Source: an uncultured Oligoflexus sp.
GTDB taxonomy: Bacteria; Bdellovibrionota_B; Oligoflexia; Oligoflexales; Oligoflexaceae
Length of the DNA stretch: 64,000 nt
Assembly: GCA_964236955.1 (NCBI GenBank)
Contig: CAXSGP010000005.1
Location: forward strand, 1-64,000
Reading direction: 5' to 3'
Of the stretch, positions 18,009-29,900 are shown piece by piece (positions within the stretch are counted from its first letter, which is position 1; every line of letters begins with the position of its first letter). Position numbers and translations under genes: made by a program. A model generated the notes under the pieces. It was not told the origin of the DNA, did not search any database, and saw nothing but the letters and a program-made list of their open reading frames with translations.

Positions 18009-19211
18009 ATGTGCCATCCCATTTCTATTGCCGCTATTTTTAGCCTGAGTCTCTCACTTTCGTCTTGCGGATCCTCCGAGTCCACCACTACGACAGCGTC
18101 GGGTTCCAAGGGTTTAATCTTTACGGGTGCCAATTCTCAGACCGATACCTCCGTCGCTAGCGTTCTTCGCCTTGATCCGGAAACTTTTGCCACGGAGGTC
18201 CTGCTTACGGCTGAGTCCGGAGATACCGCAATTTTTAAATCGGCTAAAGATGTCCTTCTCTTCAATCGCAGTGCCGGGATGCAAAATTATCGCATTTTAA
18301 AGCCAGAAAATAATACGGTGACGATAGGCGGCCAAAACCGGTTTGCTAGCGGCGTCCTGGGTGATCCCCATGATGCGCTAGATCTTGGCAATGATACTGT
18401 ACTTTTATCCCATTATAACCAGGGTCGCTTGACCTTGATGAAACAAAGCAGCGGCGAAGAAATTTCTGACATCCAGGCTGAGTGGGATTTACCCCCTGGC
18501 GTGGATCTCAAACCCGAAGCACTTTGGCGCAGCAAAGTGGGCAATCGCAGCTTTATTTACGTTATACATCAAGCGATTGCCTACGAGGGTCTAACTTATA
18601 CGGTTAATGGAACCCAAACAATCTTCGTCCTGGAGCAGATCGGTTCCACCCTTGTTCCTTATGATCTCGATTCTTCAGCCGCTAAAATTCAAGGGATAAA
18701 AATTCAAGGCTCGTTCCCTATCGTCGTTCGCCCGCGGGTTCAAAGCGACAAAGTTCTTATCGTAAGCATGTGCAGTCGTTTTGTAAGTCCCTCTGTTGCG
18801 AATCCGGCCAATGTTTGCAAAAATGCAGTTGAGCAATTGGATCCGGCGACTCAAACCGTGTCTTTACTGTGGGATTTAGATAATTCTGGATTCTATATGA
18901 ATGGTTCCGTACTCGCAGCCGGCTCGGGGAACAACAGATTTTTTGCCCAAGTCGATCAAAAAGAAGGCAGTGTCTTCACCAAACGCATCGTGAAATTTGA
19001 CGCCGATACCAAGACTAGCGAAACAACCTATAATTATGAACCGACCTCGGGTGGCTACTACGGATACTTCTATGATGAGCTAAGAAACAATCTGTTGATT
19101 GGCGACATCAGCAATGAGACAGTTGGCAAATTCACAGTCATTAAAAACGACAACACCCGATTGCTTGTGCCCCTGCCCGTCGTCCCTTATTCTGGCGTCT
19201 TCCTCTATTGA
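18009..19211 (+). CDS. Surface lipoprotein (probable beta-propeller) paired with a TonB-dependent receptor
   Basis: Lipobox LSS-C; Ser/Thr linker; beta-rich with DPHD motif; overlaps next gene. Confidence 0.72.
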   Translation: MCHPISIAAIFSLSLSLSSCGSSESTTTTASGSKGLIFTGANSQTDTSVASVLRLDPETFATEVLLTAESGDTAIFKSAKDVLLFNRSAGMQNYRILKPENNTVTIGGQNRFASGVLGDPHDALDLGNDTVLLSHYNQGRLTLMKQSSGEEISDIQAEWDLPPGVDLKPEALWRSKVGNRSFIYVIHQAIAYEGLTYTVNGTQTIFVLEQIGSTLVPYDLDSSAAKIQGIKIQGSFPIVVRPRVQSDKVLIVSMCSRFVSPSVANPANVCKNAVEQLDPATQTVSLLWDLDNSGFYMNGSVLAAGSGNNRFFAQVDQKEGSVFTKRIVKFDADTKTSETTYNYEPTSGGYYGYFYDELRNNLLIGDISNETVGKFTVIKNDNTRLLVPLPVVPYSGVFLY

Positions 19212-21238
19212 TAAGCATGGAACGCCTGAGACATCTGCCCCTGCCAGGAAGCCTCCTCGTAGCCGGCATGCTTGTTTTTCCTCGCCTTGGCTACAGCCAA
19301 ACCGAGGAGATAACTATTCACGGTCAACGATCGAAGGACGAAAGCGAACGCAGTGCCCGCACCGGCCAATCGCAATTGATCCAGCCGCATGAGAGTTCAC
19401 GCTTTGATATTGCGACCCAACTCAAACGCGAGAGTTCGCTGACCTTTGCCGAAACCGGCAGAATATCCCCTTCAGGATTTGTTATTCCTAAAATCCGCGG
19501 TCAGGACAGCAAGCTTACCGATCTCTATCTCGAAGACACTCTGCTTCAGGATCCCTATTCCGGAATGCCTCTGATCGACGATCTGGACCTTCGGGCGTTT
19601 GGTTCCCTTGAATTGCATCAAGGAATTTCTCCGGTCACCGTTCCCAATCTTAATCCGATAGGTACCCTACGCTATCGCTTGAGCCACGAAGCCAAGTCCA
19701 GGTCAAGCATCGGTTTATCTATCGGCAGCCCCTACGGTAACTCGCTCTGGTCCCTCATGATTCATAAAAAAGAAAAACGAGAGCTGCGACTCTACGCCCG
19801 AACTCACCAGACAACAGGGCACTACCGCTATTATTCGGATGAAAGCACGCCTTATAATAGCAGAGACGATAAGTTTAAGATCCGAACCAACAATGACCAG
19901 AGATCCCAGCAGATCATTCCCGTTTACCGGGAATCATGGGGACCTTATTCCCTCCAAGCCTTGGCCTGGATTCATAAAACGGAACGGGGCATCGCTTCGG
20001 GCAGTATGATCCTCGACAGTGCGGCACGGGAAAAAAACCAAGGCTTTCTTGGGGATATTGCCCTGGAACGGGTGTGGGCCGGGCTGCCCTTTGCCGAGAC
20101 AGTTCAGCTCGACATCCATCTGGCCCATACTGATGATAAGCGCAACACGATAGACCCCCAGCGCATCGTCCTAAACTCCGCGAGAAGATCGACGATGGAA
20201 GTCATCTCGGATCGTCAGGGAGCTCATCTTAAGGCCGACCTTGAGCGGACCCGAATTCTTTTAAGCTATGAAAAATCAGTCAGTAAAATAGATCAGACTT
20301 ATGAAGAAAACGTCGGCACAGGCCTAACACGCAGCAACGGGGTCGGCATTGTCGGCCTTGCTTTTACACCCTGGGACAGGCTCCTCGTCGAATTTAAACA
20401 TTCCGAACAGCGGCAATCGGATCAAACGGACGAACGGACGAAGATTATTCTGGAAGAGGAAGCCGATCAGGCCAAAGCCCATAAATCGAGCCGAGCCGAT
20501 GCCGTAAGTTTTGCCTTTGGCGATTTTAACAATGGTATCTATGGACAGTTTGCCCGCAGCGGGAGACTGCCCAGCCTTTTAGAGGAATTTGGTAACGGCA
20601 GCGAGCTAAGACCCAACAATACTCTAAAGCCTGAACTCCTGTTCCATCGCGAAGCCGGCGCCTTTACCAAAGCCCTGGGGCTCGATTTGGGAATAGCGGC
20701 TTATCTCGATCAAACGGGCGAAAAGATTGTTTTTGTCCCAATTCTCGCCAATGCCAGTAAGGCGCTCAATGTTGCCAAAACCAATATCAATGGCTATGAT
20801 GCTTCCATCGGCTGGCATGGAGCTAACGCAAGACTCAGCTTAAAAGGTTCAAATCTCGAGGCCTACGATACGAGCCGGGCCCAAAAAAAAATCCTGCCGG
20901 GGATTCCAGTCCATCTCGTCGTAGCCGAGTGGCGCCAGCAATGGACTGAGACAAGTTCAACTTATTTTACAGGCCGCTATCGAAGCGCGATTTTTAGAGA
21001 CCAAGGTAATTCGCTCAAACTTCCCGGCAGCGTGATATTTGACATGAATTTCGACCATAGCTACAAAAATTATGAAATTGGCCTGGCGGTGAAAAATCTA
21101 AGCGATATTACAAACGTTGCAATAGATTCGGGACCAAGCAAAGGCCGAACCGGGCTCAGCGACTATGCCGGCTCACCGCTGCCCGGCCGCCAGTGGGTGC
21201 TGTCCTTAGTCTATAATACCGAGGAAACAGCTCCCTAA
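19208..21238 (+). CDS. TonB-dependent outer membrane receptor
   Basis: TonB-box-like EEITIHG, plug motif KIRGQ, RLPSLLEEFG/NNTLKPE, AVKNLSD, PGRQW C-terminal strand. Confidence 0.88.
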   Translation: MISMERLRHLPLPGSLLVAGMLVFPRLGYSQTEEITIHGQRSKDESERSARTGQSQLIQPHESSRFDIATQLKRESSLTFAETGRISPSGFVIPKIRGQDSKLTDLYLEDTLLQDPYSGMPLIDDLDLRAFGSLELHQGISPVTVPNLNPIGTLRYRLSHEAKSRSSIGLSIGSPYGNSLWSLMIHKKEKRELRLYARTHQTTGHYRYYSDESTPYNSRDDKFKIRTNNDQRSQQIIPVYRESWGPYSLQALAWIHKTERGIASGSMILDSAAREKNQGFLGDIALERVWAGLPFAETVQLDIHLAHTDDKRNTIDPQRIVLNSARRSTMEVISDRQGAHLKADLERTRILLSYEKSVSKIDQTYEENVGTGLTRSNGVGIVGLAFTPWDRLLVEFKHSEQRQSDQTDERTKIILEEEADQAKAHKSSRADAVSFAFGDFNNGIYGQFARSGRLPSLLEEFGNGSELRPNNTLKPELLFHREAGAFTKALGLDLGIAAYLDQTGEKIVFVPILANASKALNVAKTNINGYDASIGWHGANARLSLKGSNLEAYDTSRAQKKILPGIPVHLVVAEWRQQWTETSSTYFTGRYRSAIFRDQGNSLKLPGSVIFDMNFDHSYKNYEIGLAVKNLSDITNVAIDSGPSKGRTGLSDYAGSPLPGRQWVLSLVYNTEETAP

Positions 21239-21365
21239 AATCCACCAGACTCCTACTACCTATTATGTCTAGGCGATGACTCTCGACCTTATCATCAAAA
21301 TTTGCTAAGTCTCTTTGCAAGAATGCGCGTCTCACGCTGATTAAAAACACGAGGCATTTCAAGGC

Positions 21366-22121
21366 ATGGCGAATCCCATAAAAACATTAATTTATATGGC
21401 TTTGACATTCGTCATCACACCACTGGCCTGGTCTTATCCCCTGCCCCTTGCCTCCCCACTTTTGACCTCTCCTCAATCGAGCGCGCTTTTACAGAGCCTT
21501 CAGGATCATCTTTCGGATCGACTTGGTAATCCCGATCTCTTCTATCTGCTTTTGATCGCTGGCTTGCTCGGCATAGCCTTAGAGATTCTTCATCCGGCTA
21601 CCTTTATACCTGGAATAATCGGAGGAATTTTATTGGGCCTGGCCTTGATTGCCGGCACAGTGCTGCCGATAAATTACGGTGCCGTAGGCCTTATTTTGAT
21701 AGCGACCGCGTTTATGTTGGCCGAAGTCTTTCTTCCGGCGCTTGGAATTTTAGGACTGGCAGGGCTGGTCGGATTTATAAAGGGCTCATTGATGGTTATC
21801 GATGAACCGAATGCTCAAGGCCTTAGTCTATCTCCCTATACGATCGTGCCCATTGGCCTCGTCATGGCCTTAGTCTCTGTCACAGTGGGCTATCTGCTAA
21901 TGAAGAGCCGAAAGGCTCATGTCCCAACCAGCGAAGAAGCCTTTCTCAAAGAGACCGCAGTGGCGGTCGAGGACTTTCGATCAGGCCAAGGTCTCGTTCG
22001 CATTGAAGGTGAGCTTTGGAAAGCAGAAGTGATCGATGACGCCGCGATAAAACGCGGCGATAAAATTATTGTGGTGGTACGCGCCGGCCTCAAGTTAACG
22101 GTTCGACCCTTTCGATCTTAA
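21366..22121 (+). CDS. nfeD: NfeD family protein (TM domain + OB-fold, no protease domain)
   Basis: [33 protein letters not shown]; directly upstream of an SPFH gene. Confidence 0.85.
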   Translation: MANPIKTLIYMALTFVITPLAWSYPLPLASPLLTSPQSSALLQSLQDHLSDRLGNPDLFYLLLIAGLLGIALEILHPATFIPGIIGGILLGLALIAGTVLPINYGAVGLILIATAFMLAEVFLPALGILGLAGLVGFIKGSLMVIDEPNAQGLSLSPYTIVPIGLVMALVSVTVGYLLMKSRKAHVPTSEEAFLKETAVAVEDFRSGQGLVRIEGELWKAEVIDDAAIKRGDKIIVVVRAGLKLTVRPFRS

Positions 22122-22135
22122 AAAAGGAATTGCTC

Positions 22136-22897
22136 ATGAGTTTTGGATTGATCCTTGCGATAGTAGCCTTGCTCTTTATCGCCTTCTCCGTCTTTCGAGT
22201 TATACCCGAATACGAAAGAGCGATAGTCTTTCGTTTCGGCCGTGTTTTGCCACTGCCTCGTGGACCGGGTATTATCTTTCTCATTCCCTTTGTCGATAAA
22301 GTAGAGGCTCGCGTCTCAACCCGAACTGTGACGATGGATATTCCTCCACAGGATGTAATCACCAAAGACAACATTTCCTTAAAAGTTAATGCAGTGCTTT
22401 ATTTTCGCGTCGTCGATCCGATGCGGGCTATACTCAACGTTGAGAACTACCTCTACGCAAGCACTCAGCTGGCTCAAACCCATTTGCGTTCCATCCTTGG
22501 TGAGCATGCTATGGATGAACTCCTCACCGAGCGCGATGAGATCAATAAGAAGCTCCAGATCATCCTCGATCAAAATACTGATCCTTGGGGTATCAAAGTC
22601 AGTGCCGTTGAAGTCAAGCACGTCGACCTTCCCCCCGACATGCAACGGGCCATGGCCCGTCAGGCGGAAGCGGAACGCGAAAGACGAGCTAAAGTCATTT
22701 CGGCTGAAGGTGAATTTCAGGCGGCACAGATGCTAAGAAACGCGGCGGATCTTATTTCCGCCAACCCGACTGCGCTGCAGTTGCGTTACCTTCAAACGAT
22801 GTCAGACATGTCGAATGAGCAGAATACCAAGACAATCTTCTTCCCTATGCCTATCGACCTTTTTGAAACAATAAAGACGCTGGCCAATAAAGTTTAA
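22136..22897 (+). CDS. Stomatin-like SPFH/band 7 (slipin) protein
   Basis: [51 protein letters not shown]. Confidence 0.95.
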   Translation: MSFGLILAIVALLFIAFSVFRVIPEYERAIVFRFGRVLPLPRGPGIIFLIPFVDKVEARVSTRTVTMDIPPQDVITKDNISLKVNAVLYFRVVDPMRAILNVENYLYASTQLAQTHLRSILGEHAMDELLTERDEINKKLQIILDQNTDPWGIKVSAVEVKHVDLPPDMQRAMARQAEAERERRAKVISAEGEFQAAQMLRNAADLISANPTALQLRYLQTMSDMSNEQNTKTIFFPMPIDLFETIKTLANKV

Positions 22898-22999
22898 GCC
22901 AATTTTTGGCTCCGCTTGATCGGCATCAGGCAAGAAGCGCAGGCTTTTACCCAGTACCTTTTGATTTGCTCGCTTCGATAAGCTATATTCTTTTGCTCT

Positions 23000-23036
23000 A
23001 GACAAAGCCCTGAGCATATTGGTTCAGGGCTTTTGT
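23000..23036. terminator. Intrinsic terminator-like hairpin
   Basis: ACAAAGCCCTGAGC-atattg-GTTCAGGGCTTTTGT downstream of the slipin gene. Confidence 0.6.
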
Positions 23037-23091
23037 CTTAGAACGGAAGCGTGGCACCAACAAGACGATACGCATCGACAGGAGCGGCAAC

Positions 23092-24273
23092 ATGGCTCAA
23101 AAATCGCTGAATTTTAACGACACCCAGATCGCGTTTAAAGCGTTGTCCGACAAAGAACTGGTGCGCGCCTACTGGCTTTTCAAAATCATAGGCCAACGCA
23201 CGGTGGTTTCGATGGGCCCATTCTTTACCGATCTGGCGCTCAAGCTGCATCTGCCAATCCAAAGCCTCATCAAAAAAACGGTCTTTGCTCATTTCTGCGG
23301 TGGCGAGACGATCAGGGAATCCCTCAAACGCGTCGAAAATCTGTCTCACTATCAGATTGGAACGATTCTCGATTTCGCTCGTGAAGGCGAAGGCAGGGAA
23401 AGCGATTTTGACGAAGTGGAGGCCGAAATTATCCGGACGATAGAGGAGGCTTCCCAAAATCAGTGGATACCCTTCGCCGTATTCAAACCGAGCGGAATAG
23501 CCAGCGTCGAAGTCCTTACCAAAAAAGAGGCCGGCAAGCCTTTGACCGAAGGCGAAGAACTAGCCTTCCAAAAGCTTAGGAAACGGTTTGATAATATTTG
23601 CAGCTATGCGGCGAATAAAAATGTTCGCATCATGATCGATGCGGAGGAATCATGGTTTCAAAATACCGTCGATGCCCTCGCTCATGATATGATGATCAAA
23701 TACAATAAAAACCGCGCCATTGTTTTCAATACGATACAGCTCTATCGTCACGATCGTTTGGCTTTTCTTAAAGAATCTCTGGCTGCTGCGGAACGGGGCT
23801 CGTATTTCCTCGGGGTTAAACTCGTGCGCGGTGCCTACCTTGAAAAAGAAAACCGGGTTGCTGCTGAAAAAGGTACCCGCTCTCCCATCAATGCAAGCAA
23901 GGAACTCACCGACAAAGCCTACGACGAAGCGCTTAGGTTCTGCCTGGGACAAATCGGCCGCATATCGATCTGTGCCGGAACGCATAACGAGCAATCGGCA
24001 AAACTCATCACAATGCTCATGGAAAAACACGGCATTGCTCACGACGATAATCGCATTCACTTCGCCCAACTCCTCGGTATGAGCGATCACCTGAGCTTTA
24101 ACCTCGCCTCGAGGTCCTATAATGTCGCCAAATACGTTCCCTACGGAACGGTTCAAGAGCTTCTGCCCTACCTTACCCGCCGCGCCCAGGAGAACAGTTC
24201 AGTTTTAGGCCAGACGAGTCGCGAACTCAATTTATTAACCTCGGAAATGCGTCGCCGAGGGATCAAGCGATAA
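23092..24273 (+). CDS. Monofunctional proline dehydrogenase
   Basis: HFCGGET, IDAEES, NTIQLYR, GVKLVRGAY, GTHN, QLLGM, KYVPYG, YLTRRAQEN. Confidence 0.93.
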   Translation: MAQKSLNFNDTQIAFKALSDKELVRAYWLFKIIGQRTVVSMGPFFTDLALKLHLPIQSLIKKTVFAHFCGGETIRESLKRVENLSHYQIGTILDFAREGEGRESDFDEVEAEIIRTIEEASQNQWIPFAVFKPSGIASVEVLTKKEAGKPLTEGEELAFQKLRKRFDNICSYAANKNVRIMIDAEESWFQNTVDALAHDMMIKYNKNRAIVFNTIQLYRHDRLAFLKESLAAAERGSYFLGVKLVRGAYLEKENRVAAEKGTRSPINASKELTDKAYDEALRFCLGQIGRISICAGTHNEQSAKLITMLMEKHGIAHDDNRIHFAQLLGMSDHLSFNLASRSYNVAKYVPYGTVQELLPYLTRRAQENSSVLGQTSRELNLLTSEMRRRGIKR

Positions 24274-24280
24274 AACCCTG

Positions 24281-24303
24281 AAGTCCTCGTCCCCGAGGAC
24301 TTT
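24281..24303 (+). terminator. Intrinsic terminator
   Basis: AAGTCCTCG-tccc-CGAGGACTTT right after the PRODH stop. Confidence 0.65.
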
Positions 24304-24584
24304 CAACCTTCCTCTCTCCACCGGCAATTTTTACCTCACAACCTCATGGTAAATTATTCTTGAAATCTTTCTTCGTGACCGAAGAGGCCAGGAATGATTT
24401 TTCTTTTACCATAATCGCAATTAATTCAACTTCGGATTTTGGCAACTTAACTTCAATAAGATCATGATTAAAGGGTGTTACCATCACGGATGCCCCGCCA
24501 TCAAGAATGCATTAAGAAAAGTTACTTTGATACCGAATGAATCAAAAATGAGAGGTTTTCCCAGAAGGAAGACCCTTTTTAGAG

Positions 24585-25286
24585 GTGGATATGTTCGCAC
24601 GCCATTTGAGGGGACTCTTAAACCTCACGTTTGCAGCGCTTTTAGGAGCACCCGGTTACCTTGGAGCCATAGATCTTAAGCCTGATGAGGTCAGGGGCAA
24701 GACGACGCAATCCCCGGTCACCATTCTTCAAAACCGTTACTTCGTCAAAGCCTTCCGGCCGGAACTGGGCGTCGCCTTTGGAACGGTAACGAATGAAGCC
24801 TACACTGCAACCCAGCTGATGGGATTTCGCGGCGGGCTCTTCATGAATGAAACATTTGGTCTTGAAGTGCAATCAACGACAGCCACTGTCAGCGACTCGG
24901 ACGACCTCAAGGCATTGAGACGCCTTCGCTATAGAAAATTTGATGATGCAAACATCGAAGTTCACCCCGATCCCGAAGTGAACCGTTTGAAGAAAATCAT
25001 CGATATCACCGGCGTGATCGCGCCCTTCTACGGCAAACTGAATTTTGCAGATTGGATAATAATCTACTCCGACCTCTATCTAACAGGGGGCGTCGCCAAA
25101 CTCGACACGGATCAAGGCGGTATCACCGGCCTCACCTGGGGAGCCGGACAACGTTTCTACTGGCAAAAAAGCCTTTCCCTTCGCGTCGACTTTAAAAGCC
25201 GTATGTACAAAGAGAAAGCTGCCGGGCTTGATCATAAAAAATCCACCTATTCTGTCGACTTTGGTTTGAGCTACTTCTTATTCTAG
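24585..25286 (+). CDS. Myxobacterial-type outer membrane beta-barrel domain protein (GltA/GltB/GltH-like)
   Basis: ILQNRYF.K..R.EL, APFYGK, WGAGQRF, C-terminal GLSYFLF; first gene of the TPR gliding cluster. Confidence 0.78.
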   Translation: MDMFARHLRGLLNLTFAALLGAPGYLGAIDLKPDEVRGKTTQSPVTILQNRYFVKAFRPELGVAFGTVTNEAYTATQLMGFRGGLFMNETFGLEVQSTTATVSDSDDLKALRRLRYRKFDDANIEVHPDPEVNRLKKIIDITGVIAPFYGKLNFADWIIIYSDLYLTGGVAKLDTDQGGITGLTWGAGQRFYWQKSLSLRVDFKSRMYKEKAAGLDHKKSTYSVDFGLSYFLF

Positions 25287-25294
25287 AGGCTACG

Positions 25295-26905
25295 ATGAAG
25301 ATCATGTATTCGACTTTGATACTTTCGCTTTCCTTGCTGGCGGGGCAGGCCATGGCAGCTCCCAAAAAGGCGAAAACTAAAAATATCCCAGCTGTCGTCT
25401 ATCAGGCGCAAAGACTGCCTGAGCTCGATAAGACCTTTTCTAAGGTCATCGAGCGCTATCGCCGTGGCGAACTGCAGAAAAAAGCTATGTGGGATGCGCT
25501 TGAGCCCTTCACAAAATCCCTTGCCCAGCTGTCCGACGATAACCAGCAAACCTATCTCCAGGTTCGTGCTGAACTTCTCTATCTATCAGGTTTTCCAGTC
25601 CTTGCCTGCGAATATGCGGCCCAGGCCCTAACGCTTGCCAAAGAGCCCTTCGCCGAAAATCATACCCCCCTCTGGCGCATACTCTGGACCGTTTCCAAGG
25701 TGAAATCGATCCAATATATACTCGAGGAAGTCGCGCCCAAATTGCAGTCGAAAATTGCTCTTCCTCCGGAGTTTGGCAACAACTGGTTCTATGTTCTCGG
25801 CAATGCCTACGTCACGCAAGGCAAGCCGGATAAAGCCAAGGAAGCCTTTGAGAACTTGGTCATGCAGGATCGCTACTTCTTTTCCGCGCAATATCAATTG
25901 AGCATGATCGCCATCAATGAAAAGAAATCAGCGGCAGCGGAAAGCTATCTCAACGCTATTCTCAATCCCACCGCTCAAAGCATGGCTGAGATTAGGCGCA
26001 GCGATCTGCTGGAGATGATCAATTACGCGCATATGGCTTTGGCCCGACTTTATTACCAAGATCAAAAGTTCATCGAATCGGCTCGCGAGTATCGTCTGGT
26101 TCGTCGCAGTAGCAACCTTTTCTATGAAGCCCTCTTCGAACAATCCTGGTCACTTTTCATGTCAGGCAGTCTTAAACATGCGCTCGGCACGCTCTATGCC
26201 GTGAATGCCCCGTATTTTCGCGATCATTTCAATCCGGAAGCCAAGGTTTTGGAATCGATGATCTACTACTGGATGTGTCGCTATGATGACGCCCGCTCAG
26301 TCCTTGCTGAGTTTGCCGATGGCAACCGTGAAGCTATCGATTCCCTCGGCGTCTGGCTTGACCGTCAGCGCCTCAACCCTGAAAATTCCTATCAGCTCTT
26401 CGAAAACCTAGTGACCGGAGTATCCGGAGAATCGATAGGAATACCCCTCAAGGTTCTCAGCACCGCTGCCGAAAGCGACGTCATGCTACTCGTGCGCGAC
26501 CAATATGCGACCCTGATCGAGGAACTCACTCAGCTGGACACTTATGGGATCTACGGCCAAAAATTTGGATACGACGTTTACAAAAACCAGCTCCTGAAAC
26601 GGGCCGAAAGCCGTAGAAACGAGATCGGAAAGCTTTTTCTCGAAGAACTTCAAGGCCTCAAAGAACATTTCGAAGAGCTCTACTCGCAGTCGCAGTTCCT
26701 CTACCTCGAACTCCTTATGAGTCAGAAGGAGCAGATATTGGGGCGTGAGCTGCACGCTGAAACCAAGGTCACTCGAGTCACCGACAAGGATGCATTCAGT
26801 GGCTGGAGCAAACGAACCCAGAGCTGGCAGGACACGAAAAACGAATACTGGTGGGACGAGATCGGCTATCAGATCATCGATGTCGAACCTGAATGCAAAC
26901 TGTAA
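25295..26905 (+). CDS. GltC-like periplasmic TPR gliding-motility protein
   Basis: Signal peptide; TPRs (ALARLYY, ALFEQSW); C-terminal EYWWDEIGY...C, as recalled for GltC. Confidence 0.72.
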   Translation: MKIMYSTLILSLSLLAGQAMAAPKKAKTKNIPAVVYQAQRLPELDKTFSKVIERYRRGELQKKAMWDALEPFTKSLAQLSDDNQQTYLQVRAELLYLSGFPVLACEYAAQALTLAKEPFAENHTPLWRILWTVSKVKSIQYILEEVAPKLQSKIALPPEFGNNWFYVLGNAYVTQGKPDKAKEAFENLVMQDRYFFSAQYQLSMIAINEKKSAAAESYLNAILNPTAQSMAEIRRSDLLEMINYAHMALARLYYQDQKFIESAREYRLVRRSSNLFYEALFEQSWSLFMSGSLKHALGTLYAVNAPYFRDHFNPEAKVLESMIYYWMCRYDDARSVLAEFADGNREAIDSLGVWLDRQRLNPENSYQLFENLVTGVSGESIGIPLKVLSTAAESDVMLLVRDQYATLIEELTQLDTYGIYGQKFGYDVYKNQLLKRAESRRNEIGKLFLEELQGLKEHFEELYSQSQFLYLELLMSQKEQILGRELHAETKVTRVTDKDAFSGWSKRTQSWQDTKNEYWWDEIGYQIIDVEPECKL

Positions 26906-26935
26906 ACAACGCCACCAATACATTATGAGGACCAT

Positions 26936-29900
26936 ATGTTGAATAGAGAAATCGTTAAAACCCTGTGCAGCTTAGCCCTGCTGGCGACTCTTAGTCTGCA
27001 CGCGGAGGCAGCCACTAAAAAGACCTCGACCGCTGCTGCCCAGGCGCCGAAAAAAGAGGACATGTCCGCTTACTTCTCGGAGAATCGTCAGGGCATCTCC
27101 CCGGAAAAGCTTCGCGAAGCTGATAGCCTTCGGGTGCAGACCATAGTTTCCATTCAAAAACTACTCGGCGATCCAGCAATGAATGGCAGCCGTAAATTTG
27201 AACTCTACCTCCGCCTTGGTGAAATCTATGCCGAGCGCAGTGAATACCTTCGTGATGTGGAAATGAAAGAGTGGGAAACCTCTTACGATAAGTGGAAAGT
27301 CGCCAAAAAAGGCAGCGAACCCCAGCTGACGACAAAAAATTCGAAGGCTGAGCTCTTGAAGAGCACCGAAGCCTTTCGTCGCCTCGTGCGTGAGTTCCCG
27401 CAGCACCCTCGCACCGATGCTGCCCTTTATGCCTTGGCCAAGACATTGCTGCTCCTCGACAATGACAACGCCGTGCTCTATTTCAATCAGCTGGTCGAAA
27501 ACCATAAGGCCTCGCCGCTGCTACCCGACACCTATCTTGCTTTGGGCGAGTTCTACTTCTATAAGCAAAACATGGAAAAGGCCAAGGACAACTACAAAGA
27601 AGCGATGAACTTCAAAGAGTCCAAGGTCTATCCATTTTCGGTCTATAAGCTCGGCTGGGCCTACTACAACTCCAAGGCCGGCAACGACAAAGACGCGATG
27701 GAAAATATCAATCGCTCCATCGCTGCCTTCAAACTTGCCATTAAGATCTCGGAACGCGACAAAGAAAGTCCAGGTAACTTCAACCTGCGGCAGGAAGCTA
27801 TCAACGACTTGATTATGGTCTTCGCGGAGACTGAACGCATCGATGAAGCCATGGACTACTTCTCTCATCTTGGCGAGAAAGAAGCCTTCTACGACATGCT
27901 AGAGAAACTCGGTGGCATTTATGACGAAAACGGTGAGGTGGCCAAGGCTATCGACGTCTACAGTCGCCTCCTTGCCGAATCACCGAATCGCCCACGCAAT
28001 CCGGAGATTCACTCCAAATTAGCGAAGCTCTACGACACCTCCCTGCAGGTGCCGGCTGTGGTCGAAACTTTAAAGAAAATGCGCACCCTCTATGTTGATC
28101 CAAGCAGCAAATGGGTTGCGGCCAACGCTCAGAACAAAGTGCTGCTCACAGAGTCTTCAGAAAAAACCCAAAAGAACATCCATCGCTATGCGGCAATGTA
28201 TCATCAGCAGGGCCAAAAGCTTAAGAAGAAGCATTATTTTGATGCCGCAGCTGAACTCTATCGCCTGTACCTCGCCACCTTCCCCAAAGCCGACGAGGCT
28301 TATGAGCTGCGCTATTATCTTGCCGATATCTATTTCTACTTCGAACAATATGAAAATGCGGCGGATGAGTACTATAAAGTCACCCAGCAGCGGCCTAAGG
28401 ACGGCAAGTATCTGAAAGATGCTGCGCTCGCGGCCGTGGTAGCGATCCGAAAGATCGATGAGGCCACGACCTATCAAAAGCTTCCACCTCCCGGTCAGGT
28501 GTCTCAGGCGATCCCGCTGCCTCGTGTCAAGATCAAGCTCGTGACGATGATCGACAACTATACGAAGCTGCTGCCGACTGAAAAAGAAGGCTTTCCGATG
28601 CGTTATACCGCAGCGACGACCTACTTTGACTACGGTAACTATACAGTCGCCATGGGACGCTTCGATCAGATGGCGTTTGATATCCCTGAGACTACCCAGG
28701 GTCAATCCTCCATAAAAGCGGTTCTCGCGTTTAATGCGGAGCGTAAAGATTGGGAGAACCTTGTCAAGGTCGGCAGGAAATACAACGACAATGCCAAAAT
28801 CATGGCAACACCTGTCAAGGTTGAAGTTGTGAAAGCCATGAAAGTGGGCGTCTTTCAATTCGCGGGTCAGCAAAACAAAGAGGGCAAATTCTTTGAAGCT
28901 GCGAAGACTTTCGAATCGTTTCAACAGCAGTTCCCTAAAGACGAACTTGCTGACAAAGCGCTCTACAATGCTTCATTGAACTATTACAAAGTCGCCAAGG
29001 TCGAAGAAGCCTTGGCAGCTGGCAACAAATTGCTCAAAGAATATCCTAAGTCTGATCTGGCTGCCGATGTCACCCTTGATATGGCGCAAACCAGCGAGTC
29101 GTTGGCTGACTTCCCAACAGCGGCCCGTCTCTATAAAGACTATGGTATCAACCACACGAAAGAGGCGAAATCGAAAAATGCGCTCTTCAATGCGGCAACG
29201 CTCTACAAAGGCTTAAATAATAGCGTTGAAGCTAGCCAGCTCTACAAAAAGTTTATACAGCTCTATCCCAAGGATGAATTGGCCAAGACCTCCCGTCTGG
29301 AGATTGCGCAAATCGCCGAGAAGGAGAAGAACTATCCCGAGGCCATCTCCTATTACAGCCAATACGCAGCTCTTTGGCCGGACCGAAGCGAAGGCAACCT
29401 GGTCGCACGTTCCCGGAGCGCCCGCATCCTCTTGATCCAGGGCAACCAAAAGGAGGCCTCGAAAGAGATCATCAGGCTGCATAAGGATCTGACGGCAAAA
29501 AACGCTCCGGCTGCGACCGAAGCGCGGCGTGTGGCTGCCGGTGCGCTCTTTAATGATCTGGAAAATTCCTTCCGCGGCTTTCAGGCGGTCAAGATCACCG
29601 ATGCCAAGCGCATCGAAAAGGAGGCGGGACAAAAACAGGAAAAACTTGTCGATCTCGTTAAACGCTATCAGGAAGTCATCGATCTCGGCAGCGGTGAATT
29701 CACTGTGGCTTCGCTCTACCGGATGGGCGAAATGCATGGCAACTTCGCCAAGATGCTCTTCGATGCCCCGGCACCGGCGGGTCAGTCCCAGGCGCAAATC
29801 GATGAGTATCGAAGTTCGATTGAAAAGGTTGCCTTCCCGCTGCGTGACGAAAGCAACAAATTCTTTGAGACAGCGTTTCAAAGGTCTCAGGAGGTTCAGA

